Source: Leptogorgia sarmentosa | Lineage: Eukaryota | Assembly: GCA_964658305.1 (NCBI GenBank) | Contig: OZ210884.1 | Location: 7,440,001-7,504,000 of the forward strand | DNA length: 64,000 bases | Direction: 5' to 3' | Shown: positions 35,404 through 48,200 of the stretch, piece after piece | Layout: every line of letters starts with the position of its first letter | How positions within the stretch are numbered: the stretch's first letter is position 1 | Position numbers and translations under genes: made by a program | The notes under the pieces: model-generated | Databases searched by the model: none | What the model was told of the DNA's origin: nothing | The model's input: only the letters and a program-made list of their open reading frames with translations

Positions 35404-38400
35404 TTCAAAAAAACAAGCCGCGAAAGCCGGGGCGAAACCTGTTGACGATACCATGAACACGACAGCTTTATTGGCTGAGCAAAAAGCTGCTCTTGTCGCT
35501 ATTAATTCAGTCAATTCAAGTAACATAAATCCCTCTGAGACGAAAAGTCAACAATTCTAGTCATGGCGGACAGGATCTTTTGGTAGTATATATACATTAC
35601 ACGGTGCCCATACGGTAGTCATAACTACAATTTCCTCAAATTTTAGATGAATATATAGCACGGGAATTATGATAAGTTTTATTCCAGTATCTTTGTATTT
35701 TGCATGCACTCGAATAAATTCCTGCGTCACAATAGATAGCTTGTGCCAATGTAGATCACTTTACGTTTCGCCCTATTTACAATATGATGTGTTCTGACTC
35801 AGAGAGTTAATAGAGCTCCGAGTTTCTGGTCAAATTCGAACCTGCAGCAACCGGCGGAGGGTCAATGCAACGATACTTTCCCCGTTCAAGTGTTCAACCC
35901 TTTCGTTTTCAAATTTTCCTCATCACGTCAAAAGAATAATTAAGAGTTGCAGATTTAAAACTATATATAGTCCATATTAATTATACAATTTACTGCCTTC
36001 GCGGTTAGAAATCTGTCTTTTCCCGGCGGTCTGCGTCGTTGGACATTTGAACGCGAAGCTAAAACTCTCTATTATTAACCGCTACCTATATATCTGTGGA
36101 AAAATTCATTCGTAGAGTGCGTTAATATATTTAGACTGGCAAAAGCGGACACATTTATAAAATCAATTATCAATGTATAATAATACTTAACTTCAAATGA
36201 CATGCTGTACCTCACTATAACTTGTATGCTACAGCGTAGTCCGAATATTTCTTACATAAACAGCAACGTTGGCCAATGAAAAGAAAAGGTTTTTAAAAGA
36301 AACTCTTTATTATAAACAATGTTTTAAAAAATATACATTTTTTCTCCAAAACCTCACTGTCATTACTTAAAGCTAAGATAGCTATATTTGCCAACACAAC
36401 GTCGTTCAATTTTTTTAATACAATCGTCTTGATTATTTTCATAAAACTGTTTGTTTAACAATCCCAAATTTTAATAACGAATTTCCACGGTTTAATGATA
36501 ATAGGTCGGAAGCTTGAAATGTCCACAGCAATACAACGAAAGCCAATTTAAAAACCATATTATTTTGCTGTATATAAATTATTAATTATATCATATTAAA
36601 AATGTTCGTTAGAATGATATAAATTAATGACAATGTTCATTATCATAAATGCTAGTTTATTTGAACGCAGCTGTGTTTTCCCTGGGGGGTTTTTTAATTT
36701 AAAAGAACGTCAATTTCAACATCAAACACCTTTGTGCAAAATGTTTCATAAAATCCAATCTTTCTGGCCTCATGTCGCAGGGATATAGCTAGTTCTCATA
36801 ACCAAAACATAATTACAAAATTTCAACTGGTTTCATACAGAATAACGAAAGATATCTAATCGAGTGAATACAGTAAAATGGATTTCTGTTCGGACAACCC
36901 TTCCGGAGCACTAAAACACGAACACGAAATCACCTATAGTATAGGCTTGAAAAAAAACCCTCGCCTTGATCCGTCACTGTACACAATTGTCAAATAGTAT
37001 ATCAATATATAAACGTTGTTTCCCAATATTGATGACTGAATAAAATGCAAACTAGAAAATTCGAAGATGTGCAGTCAAGTGTGAGAAAGTGAGATTAAAA
37101 AAATGGCGTTGCCTGATATTGATCGCTGGTACGTCAAAAATAGATTTTTGGCACCCAAAGAATACCGTATTTAGAACAAGGAAGTAAAATGCAGCGGTTA
37201 TCATAACCAATAACAGGAAAAAGGAAAGGAGAACAATTCTAGAATACCACCATGAGGAAAATTCACGTGGACAGAAAAAATATTTCTATATAATATTACT
37301 CATCATGTAAGAGGGGCGAAGCAATACAATGCATTAATTATTTAGCTAGGGCACGATATTATTACATACTTCAATATTTGTATATTTATACGACTCTGCA
37401 TGCAGCTAGATCCGAACTATGCCCGATTCAATGGCAGAAAACTATAGCTAATCATATATATATTGTAAATCATCTTCATAACAAATGTCTTTAATTGTTA
37501 TCCGTATTTAAATACTTAATTTCTAAAGAGTGTCTAGAGATTAGGAGGTCCAACCATAAGTTTTTCCTTTCTATCGATTACCAACCTCTTTCTCAACACT
37601 TATACTTACCCGATAACATCATAAAAAAGCGTTCAAACGATAAGTTTTTACATTTACCCAGCCCAAACATTTAGATTAAATCATTTCAAAAGATCATAAT
37701 GCAATGTCCTGTTGTAGGTAATATTAGTTGGATTGATTTAATCTGGTCATGGCGTGACTGTGCCCTACTTGACAATAAAGACTCAGCTGGATACAGTCCA
37801 AACCTCCAAACATGAAGTTAGCTTAGTCAACTTCCTGGACAAGTTTCGAGTGCCAGGCAAAATGGATTATTTGGTCTCTGATTAAATTAGGTAAGTGAAG
37901 CGCATCAAAAGACACATCGTTTTGGCTAATTCACGGATTTATAAGTGAAACGTATCTCGAAGACATTTTTTTAAATTTAGATTATAAACAATCTTAAGAA
38001 GTTATTCTGGCAGTGAAAATGACAACAACAAACATTTCTGCATGTGCTGACAGAGTTTCGTTGTTACAAATACCAAAATGCCTAGCTATTTTTAATACGT
38101 TATTTGCGCGTATATCGAAATCGAATGCAAAATATTAGTTTCTATATTAGTTGACTGTTTTCAATTTATAAGAACAAATAGTAATGAAGAGCAATAAGTA
38201 AACGGTTAATATCAATCGTTATATAGCTTAATTATAAGGTTTGCGCATGGGGCCCGCGTTCAAAGCCTATAGGGTCGTTAGATGTTATATATATACTGCA
38301 TATAGTTTCTCATAAGACGCTTCCTTTGTGGAGCAGCAAAGGTGTAGCAGCCATGACTGTGAAAACTGCAGAGCTTTAGTTTGCAGCTATCATTTTATAT

Positions 38401-40261
38401 CGAAACTACAAAAAGCCTATTATTGATCCGACAGGATGTCTGAAGAAAAATATCTCCGAAATGATAAGAAACCTCTTGTGGAATTAATTTGATTTAATTT
38501 TTCAGTTGACCCAGGGACTGGTGCAAAAATTTGACTATACATAAATTAATTGAAGACTTAGGTTAATAGGTTATATTGCTTAATTGTAAGTTCCTTAGGT
38601 AAATGCAGTCAGTCATTTGATATTAATAATTGACTCGAATTTCATTAAAGCACAGTTATTCATCATATAACTTAGCTATATTCTCTTTTACAAAAGCGAT
38701 TTCGTTTCCGCTTCGATACGGATTATTCGAGATTTCTGTTTTGGTCCTCATGCCGTTTATGGACAGATTAACAAATTATTGATAAAAACGAACCCAGACA
38801 AAAATTTCAGGTATTTTATGCCCGCTAACATGTTCAGACGAAGTGATCGTGTACAGTATCATGTCCCTAACTGTCCTTAAAGGATCACAACTGAAAAAAT
38901 GTTTTTTCAAAGACAGTCTTTATTCCAAAGAGTAGAGATCATTGAATATTGTGATTTGTCGTCCCACGCAAAATAAGCCAGCTAAGCTCACATCGCACGC
39001 AAACATAAATCCCGTTATAAATTCGCATTCCTATTCTTCATAGAATTAAATTCTGCAGTAAATAACTTAAAAAACGCATTTAACACTCGCGGTGGCTATG
39101 AAGAAGAGAAGAAGTATTAAAATAAGTGAACTTAAATGTTAACTTTTCTTTGCTTCGTCGTTATAGGCGTGTAAAGGAACACTTAATTTCAGACAAGTTC
39201 CGTTCATTTAACTCAATTTACTATGTAGCTATAGCTACCTCTTTACCAAAGATTAAAAAACTGGTCATTGGTCATTCGGTAACCGGAATAGACGTTACGG
39301 CTTTTAAACTGAACATGCTAGCAGGTGTGACGGAAATTATTTTCACATTTGGTCACCTACTTTAAAACGTATTCTTTCCAGAAGCATTTATTAAACCAAG
39401 TTTTTGTCAATTGAGAGATAAATGGTAGATAACAGTACATTAAATTTAAGGGCAAAAGACAGAATTCAACATTCAGCTGGTAAAACCAAATGAATGAACT
39501 ATAAAATATACAACTAGCTGTTACATGCATATGTAGTACTGATTTGTGTTATTATATCGACAAGCGATATACCGATTCATAATAGGCTAATAGTTAACGT
39601 ACAATGAATCCACAACCATATATTTCGATTATATCCACGACACACTATAATTGTCATGCATGTACACGACCCAAATAACGCGTTATTCTGCTGAAAGTAT
39701 ACTTGAATAGTAATTCTATCCGCACAGATTTTTTCTTTCACAAATAAATGAAGTGGCATGAACAAGTGCCATATAGGTAAGCACTCGTTTTCAAAATGCA
39801 AAAGGCCTATATTCATAGTTGATATTGAGGTAAACTGACAACACAATTGAAGTGTTGCAACGCTCTGGGACGTTATTTAACACCAACAAAAACATTAATT
39901 TGTGTTGGCTGTCGGATTGTTTACATTCAGCCGAATATCCCGATGGGATACAATATGTAACTATACGTCATATATCCCATTTCATAAAAGCTCGTGATTT
40001 ACTGTAGATATTTAATACGGCCTGTATACGTACATGTATATATGTTGCAAGGATTATCGGATGTGCATATTTAATCTATAACTCCATCGGTTTAATCTTA
40101 TATAAATCTTACTGCAAATATTAATTCATTGTTTATTTAGAGTTAGATATATATGATCAATCGCTGCCACTGAACAATGGCAAAGATTTGGCAATTTACT
40201 TGAGTTATACAAAATATTGGGCATCTGAAATCTTCCGTCCTCGCGCCAATGCAATATTGTT

Positions 40262-40452
40262 GGATCAATTGACTTTATCGGCACCCATGCGCTTGGGGTG
40301 GTGTATATTCACAAAATAAACCAGTCCCAAACCATAAATCTGACCCTAACCGTAACATTCATAGTTAGGGTCAGATTTATTGTTTTGGACTGGTTTATTT
40401 TGTGAATATATGCCTCCCCAAGCGCATGGGTGGCGATAAAGTCAATTGATCC
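40262..40452. mobile_element. Foldback MITE with ~89-bp arms and an 8-bp TSD
   Basis: GGATCAATTGACTTTATCG...GACCCTAAC, short loop, GTTAGGGTC...CGATAAAGTCAATTGATCC; ATATTGTT on both sides. Confidence 0.9.
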
Positions 40453-41947
40453 ATATTGTTTTATACCATAAAGCATAACAAACATTTACCTTGTAATTTA
40501 TTTGAACTTCCTCTGAGATTGGTAGTCGCTATAAATGTCGTACAAACGGTGTAGATTTAATCACCTTTAAACAATGATACGTAGAAAATTAAGTTTCAGT
40601 AGAATTTCCATTCAAGACTGTAGCACAATGATTTGCTGTGTCGCTGTTAAGATAAAAAGTCAGTGAGATGGAAAATTATTCTTCTTCCTCCCGAAATATG
40701 ACGTATTTGTTTATTACGTAAAGGAAGTGATATTTAGTTACTCTTACTTGTTTTTCTCATTCGCACGCATTACGACAACAGTTTTGAATCGCTCAAAAAT
40801 GTAAAGAAAAATAACTTAACTGTTTTCTGGTGGACAAACAGAAAAAGTGTTGAAATTGAATCATTCTCATGGTGTGATTGAATATTGATGAGGTCAAGAG
40901 ATTAGAAATTATTGACCCCCTCCTGAATTGGCAATATCGGCATTTTTTCTGTTTTATTGTTTTTTGAGACTTGTCATACATTTCTATATATGATAATCAG
41001 TATACACGAGCATCTAATTTCGCTTGTACGTAGAACTGAATTCAAATTTCCGTCAACTCTAGGTTCGGGTATTTGCCATGCAACGGGAAGTTTTGAATGT
41101 TTTATTCGCCACCCAACGGACAATTGCATATGAAATTTTGCGCAGCAGTTTGGTCGCATAATTCATATACTATCCTTTAGTTTGAAAATTCTGTCCCTCA
41201 ACGTTTTGTTTATACGTACTACAAAGTTTTTGACAATCACACAAAACTGAATCAATTTCAAAAAGGTCGCTATTTATACATAGATAACGGAGGGAAATTA
41301 AAGGCAGATGGGGGAATGCATGGATTCAGCTGCCAATAAGGACAACACGTTTGGGATAGACATATTAATTAATAGTCATAATGTAGACATACACAAATAA
41401 TATGTAAAGTATGTTGTAAAAAGACGAAAAATACACAGTGGATTCAGCTCGTGCGTGCTTCTCTTGTGTTTGTATAGATCTACAGCTACAGTCTTATACT
41501 CACTTCTTTTTAAACGTCATGCAAGAACTCATTCTGCTTAATAATAAACCCATGAAATACATCAGTATTATTTAATGATCATGAGGCCCAACCGCCCAAG
41601 TGAGAATTTTGTAAATTGTTACACAGTTTTATATAACCTATAATACAACATTCAGAAAATCCAAGTTAATTATTTTTTTAAAAGTCTTATTAATAAAAAC
41701 GACTAGACCTACCTCTCCAAATAAAGTCACTTATTAAACCTTAACTATGGTTAAGGTTTTCAAATTTTGCCCGCATCGATCAGTCTCAACCAGCAAAACA
41801 CCACGTATTCATTTTTTTTACTTTACTTCCACACAAACCGGCGTCATATAATCAATATGATTTTATGCGTTAGTTAATAATTATGTGATTAGCATACAAA
41901 TAGAATTTATGCATAATTTCAATAGGTGGAGAATAGGTGGGAGTCAG

Positions 41948-42185
41948 GCGCGGGTCCAAAAAATGCGCGGAATTTGGGGGCCTGGGGCGAGTGGTGTTTA
42001 GATCGAAAAAATCGTGGTTATAAGGGGTACTAAGGGACGAGAGGGGACCAAAGTGGGTGGACAATATGTATGGGCCTGAGGCGAGTCAACAAAAAATGCG
42101 CGAAATTTTGGGGGCCTGTGGCGAGTGCTGTTTATATTTAAAAACCTTGGTTATAAGAGGTACTAAGGGACTAGAGAGGACCAAA
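41948..42185. repeat. Two ~105-bp direct repeats just downstream of the RTK-B stop codon
   Basis: AAAAAATGCGCG.AATTT.GGGGGCCTG.GGCGAGTG.TGTTTA...GGTTATAAG.GGTACTAAGGGAC..GAG.GGACCAAA occurs twice. Confidence 0.85.
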
Positions 42186-42237
42186 TAGATTATAGACTTT
42201 GTAAAATTGAATACTTGGCGTAAGTTTTAATATTTTG

Positions 42238-45200
42238 CTATCCTGGAGTGTAGCGTAAACCCGCCAAACTTTCCACGCTTATTCTTCGATCATCTGTTAA
42301 CACGTCACTACTCTCCTCATTCATTTCAACGATGTTTATGTATACTTTCTAAAGAACAAATCAAAAAAGAATTAAAAATCTGGTCAAAGAAATCTGTTGT
42401 AGTTTTTTGCCAATAATAAAGAAAATAATTTTCCCCTAGAGGGTGGGGGAAACGTGGGGGGACGTGGCCCCGCGGGAATGAATCATAACGAAATTATTGG
42501 CAGACCAATCCAAAAAAGTATTACAGTATACTGAAGCATATGGGTCATCACCCGGTTGCAGTTCCTTGCCTATGAAGAAAGTTAGCCGGATACCTTTTTT
42601 CTGACAAAAAAAAGTAACTGGACTTTATTGTTTGACAATTGGACTGTCAACGTCCCCCCCCCCCCCTCTCGCCTGCAGTATACGGAAATTACGCAAAAAA
42701 TAAACATGAAATTAAATAGAAAAATATCGAAATTCCAAAGTTGAAATTGTAAGGCAGTATATTGGAATAAGTGGGTCCTTGAAGTACCCATGCCACAATA
42801 ATATTTGAAATTTGTAAGATTTTTATTCAGATAACGTGAGATCGTACTGCTATTAGAATATTCAAACTGTGCCTTTCAAAAGGTCAACCATGGTGTATTT
42901 CGTGGATCCCCATTGCGTCCATGACCGATAAGTGCTCAGATTTGTGAAATTGAAATGATTAACAATGGTAGCACTGACATATCAATGATTCTCTTACTTG
43001 ATCTGTTTCTGCTAACATTTCCTTCAATTGTTTATGAATATCCTGAAAAGATGGCCTATTTTCTTGTTTCTGGTCCCAGCTCTTTCTCATAATTTCATAC
43101 CTAGAAATATACATTGGCGCTATTTACAAAGTTGACGAAATTTACTTACTTTAACTTGTATTGTTTCCGAAAGACTATATTAGGACTATATTATGACATG
43201 TTAGTATGGACGTGCTTAAACAGTACAATATATTTTCACACTCATCATCACATAACATGATGTGAAACCCAAGCATAATAGACCTTACCGATTATTCTCG
43301 TTTACCGAATGACCTCGTTTTCATGTTTGCTTCTTTTTGTTTGATAAGCTCACATGAAGGTTATTTTCCGACTTTTTCTGAATGAATTTGTTTGTTGTGC
43401 TTAAACTCAATCAAAAGCTCACTAAATTTTAATTGATACTGTGCGCGAAATACGAGTAAATATCCAGCGTGAAAACGAGGCCATTGGGTAAAATGTGAAT
43501 AATCGGTAAGGCCGTAAGATCTATTATAATGGAAAAAATATATATTTACCACGCATGCTTCCGAAAACTACTACTATATAGAGTGCCTAATAAATGTTGA
43601 ACTTACAGTTCTTCTGAACACTGAGCTGGTCTCTCCATGCGCTTTCCTGAAGCCACGAGTGTGAATGTTTCGAAAGGAGAAATTTCTGGATAAGGTTCCT
43701 CTCCTAAAAACATTTAATGCAAAATGTTAATGGATAAATTTGATGAATGGCCAATATTTTAACGAAATCCAGAAACATTTAAGACTAAAACTTATAAACA
43801 TGTATTGCAAAAATTGTTGGGCAAACTAGAATAGGTCTGGGGAGCCTTTTTAAAAATTACAATTATATCACTTGTTTTTGTAGTATTCGATAAGAAGGAA
43901 AATAAATTTCAAAATGGTTGAAATGTGCGGTATAGAAAGATTCTCTCGTCTTCTAAACATTTAGATATCGTTATTTTTCTTACCTAATGTTGTGATTTCC
44001 CATAATACTATACCAAATGCCCACCTATGCAAAAGAAAAAAAGAAACTTTTAGAATTTTCCAAGTAAGAAATTTTTATTTGGAATCTTTTGTACAGATTT
44101 CTTAAGGATTGCTAGAGCTTAAGAGATTGTGACGGTTTTGCTTTCTTCTGCAACGGTCCTCATGCAGTTTTTTACCAATCAACGCTCCAGCCCCACCCTG
44201 GTCCCATACGCAAAGCTTGCACTTTTTTTAGACTGTTTATTTACTTACACATCGCTAGAGGTTCGAAATATCCCTTGTGTTAGAGATTCAACTGCCATCC
44301 ATTTCACGGGTAATAAATTCTGTTAAATACACGATTGAAAAATGTTATGATAATCAATTATGATTGGGCTGACGTTGAATTCTGTTCTACTGCGATGGTG
44401 AGTGGGTAGGTAGTATATTGCGGGCTAGTAGGTATAGTATATTGCGGGCTCATTCCAGAATGAAATGTCGACCCAGAATAATGAATACGCGTGCGCGTGG
44501 TGGAGTTTAAAAAAGAAATAGTTATTTTATATGATAGCTATAAGTGATTACTCAAATTGTTATCACATGTTGCGAATATTGAATTTTGTCATGCGTATAC
44601 ATGTGTGTATTTGCACTTTGGGGTAATCAATGGAAGTATCTTAACTGTTTCTTGCACTAGTTGCATTAAAAATAGAAATACACCTACCCGGTTTAATTTC
44701 ACGTACATTTGATCAGCTCCAGTGATTGGCCTGGCCAGACCAAAATCTGACACCTTCGCCTCGTAGTTTGCCCCGATAAGGACATTTCGAGCTGAGAGAT
44801 CCCTGTGAACAAACTACAAGCGAAACGGATTTTATTCTAGCGTCATTATTAATACTGTACTTTTATTTACTGGAATTCATGCTTGTGAGGTTCTTGTTGA
44901 ATATGCTTACAAAACGAGATATTTTCTGGCATTTAACTTGACAAGAGCAAATTCGGCGAAATTCCATGCTATTCATTTATCATTATAATTGAGAAAGGAT
45001 AGGTAGCTTTATTTCAAAGGTGTGTTGGCACTATAATAAGCAGTTAACAGTCACGAATGCTAGGAAATCATCTCACCATGCAGTTAGTAATTGTATCGCA
45101 ATTGTAAAAAAAAACCTAACATATATAGGCGTACCTGATGAGCTGCAAGATGCTGCATGCCATTAGCAATATCGACGGCTATCTGCAACAGTTTTCGGTG

Positions 45201-48200
45201 ACACAACGTCGAGAAAACATTTTTATATTCCAAGGAATCGTCGGTGCCTTCGTTTTCAACCGGTATACGACTTTTTCGCAGTAAATGCCTCAAGTTACCC
45301 CGAGCACAGAACTCGGTGATTGCAAGAATTGGCTCTAGATTTAAAAATCAGTGTATACTTCATTTATTATGTGAAAACATCGTTTATCATGCAAAGACAC
45401 TTGCTTTTATCTTGTCTGAAAACTGGTGGTAAACTGTGGTAGAGCTCATCTACAAAATCATCGAACATCATCCCCAGCAAATAGAGCGTTTGTGCTCAGT
45501 CCCTGGGCATTAAAAACAACATACAAAGAATTTAGCGGGAAAGTTGGTAAACATTTCAAAAGAATATATTTAACATTCTTTTGTTCTTGTGCACTAACAT
45601 GGCAGCCGTGACGTCATGTGGAAACACTTTGTAAGAAATTTCATGCATGTCACAACCATAGATATAGCTAGCTTTAATGTGATATTGAATGTGCATGTAA
45701 ATCAGTGGAACGAGCAATTTGTTCACTGAAATGAAGTGGGACTGTGGGGTTGTAGTAATAATACGTGATTTTTCTCTAAAATGTAATAAAAATAGCAATT
45801 CAGATCACCTTCAGTTGTGCATGCTCCAATTAATTTGATCACATTAGGATGCGGGTTTTTATTCACTTCCTTCAAAATATAAAGTTCCATCAAAAGATCT
45901 GAACGATCGGCTGAAGACGGTGAATCTAAAGAAAAGTATACAACACATTAAATTGAAATTTCAGTTCAAAACATTCACTGATCGATAAAATATCCTGACT
46001 GCTTGGCGTTTCAAAACGCAATACCTATAATTTACAACTAGCGCCACAGCCAGAGATTAAGGTTCTCGTCTCCCGTCAACGGCAAACGTCAGAGCCGAAT
46101 TCTCGTTGCAAAGATTTTGTTTAATCAATTCGTTTAAAATTTTCTTCCTCAGGTCGAAAGAATAATTAAACATTGAAGTTTAAAAACAACAAATCATTCA
46201 CACTTTACCGCCTTATACTGTCAAATGAATCTTCTTTGCCTGGGGCTTGTCGTTTGACGTTTGAACGCGAAGCTTAAACTCTTTAATGAAAAGTCTCCAT
46301 GATATATACAAACCTTTGAGCATTTTCACAGCCACAACAAGGCTCTCGTTCTCCTTTTCTTTGTATATCCCCTTCTTCACCACGCCAAAGTATCCTCCAC
46401 CCAACTTTTTATCAAGAATGGTGAGATGATCTTTCTCTATTTCCCAATCATCCAGAACACAGATGTAAGACATGATGTTTTCTAAAATTGAAAAATGTTC
46501 AACAATGTTTGTGTTTCCAGACGTAATATTCTTTCGCTTTGAATTTATTTACGTATTCCCCTTCGAGACATTCATGAACAGCTATGCATGGGTTGTACGA
46601 TCAAACTACGAGGAGAACATAGCTACGTCTTATGAAGTACGAAGTAACTTGAAAAACCAATGGTAAAATAAACTAGCAACAGCTAATGATTAATTCACAC
46701 TAACTTATATGCAGACAAGCGTTTATTAACTGGCATGTATAATAAAGCATTTCACAAGTAACCGGAGTATTAAAATTCATGGGAGGAATAAAATTAACTC
46801 TTTGGTCTCCGATCCTATAACATTCAGTACAACATAACTGCACATGTATCTATACAGTAGTAACAATAGATATTTACTAATCATTTGAAATTGAATAGGA
46901 TTTTACGTTCATGGAAATATATCGTAGACTTCCAGCATCATACAGTTCTATACTACGGTAAAATAATAATTTAAAAAAGGTAGACGAGCTTACCTTCCTC
47001 TGCGTCTGGGTCCTCTTCCATGTTGTTGTGTTCTCGAATGGACGGTAGTTTTCTTCTAGGAGAACTTTCAACAGTTTCCTTTTCATCAGGAAATAAAATT
47101 CCTAGATTGTCTTTAGACGCTGAACGCCCTTTTTGCATCTATTATAAAAGAAGTAAAATTTATTTATGATATTATATAACAAATTATATGTGGTATTATA
47201 TGATAATTTAGATTTTTAACCTCTTGAACTGCTCTGTTAAATGACTTTCGGCGACGATTTCTCCGCCTTCGACAAAACAACCAGATTATTGCGAATATGA
47301 TGAGTATTGACGATATTATAAGAAAGACGATAACAAGAGTGGTCACTTTCGAAGAACCTGAAAGAGTATCTCTTGGAAACACTGAAATTGGAAAAGAAAA
47401 GTTGTCAATAATAGTCGCATGGTACCACCTTATTCTTTATATCTCAAGACAAAAGAAAGATTTTTATGCTATTGAGCACCTTCTCAGACTCAATAAACAA
47501 TTTAATTAATTCCCCAAAGCTATGGAATCAAATTTAGACTCGAAAGAAGTAATCATAAAGCAAAACTGAAGTTACCATCGTTACACAACAGGCAAACGAT
47601 AGGAATCAAGGGTGTTGGCGTAATAATATCTATTATTATTACGCCAACATGCACCCTTGATTCCTATCGTTTATTATTATTAAAATAATCTATTCATTAC
47701 TTCAGAGTCATTTTTGTCTAAAATTTCCGGTGATTATTCATTTTGATAATTTTCTCACACATGCAGGAGTGTTCTTTAATAAAATCATTAACACAGCTAT
47801 TAAAATACCTATGCAATGTGTTCCATTTCCAAAGTAATTTTGTTTGCAATGGCATTTCCTCGTCGTATTTAACAGCTTGCAATTTGTAGGATCTTTTCTG
47901 ATACTGCATGACGAATTATCACATTCAAGTTTCTTGGATCCTATGCAATTTAATCAGTTGAGGTATAGGCTTGTAATTCTAGAATACGCGACCGTGGTTA
48001 AGAACCGTGGTTATAAACCGTGGTTAAGAATCGTGGTTATAAACCGTGGTTATAAACCGTGGTTATATAAACCGTGCATGGTTTGTACAATTTACACTAA
48101 CCGTGGTTATAAACCGCGTGGTTAAGAACCCTGGTTACGAACCGTGGTTTTAAAACCGTGGTTATAAACCGTGGTTATAAACAGTGCGGTTGTGCAAGAT

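Noticed and set aside
37610..37670. ATG-initiated phase-1 mini-exon (MFGLGKCKNLSFERFFMMLS) as RTK-A first exon
   Set aside because: Not a convincing signal peptide; 34830-34914 has a good one with a strong Kozak context
35500..41900. Possible hidden gene or fourth RTK between RTK-A and RTK-B
   Set aside because: Scattered splice-like sites and short ORFs, but no kinase, Ig or FN3 motifs and no consistent exon chain
47991..48182. Palindromic repeat array as CRISPR or as coding sequence (ORF 47844-48125)
   Set aside because: Contiguous 13-bp units without spacers; the ORF merely translates the repeat
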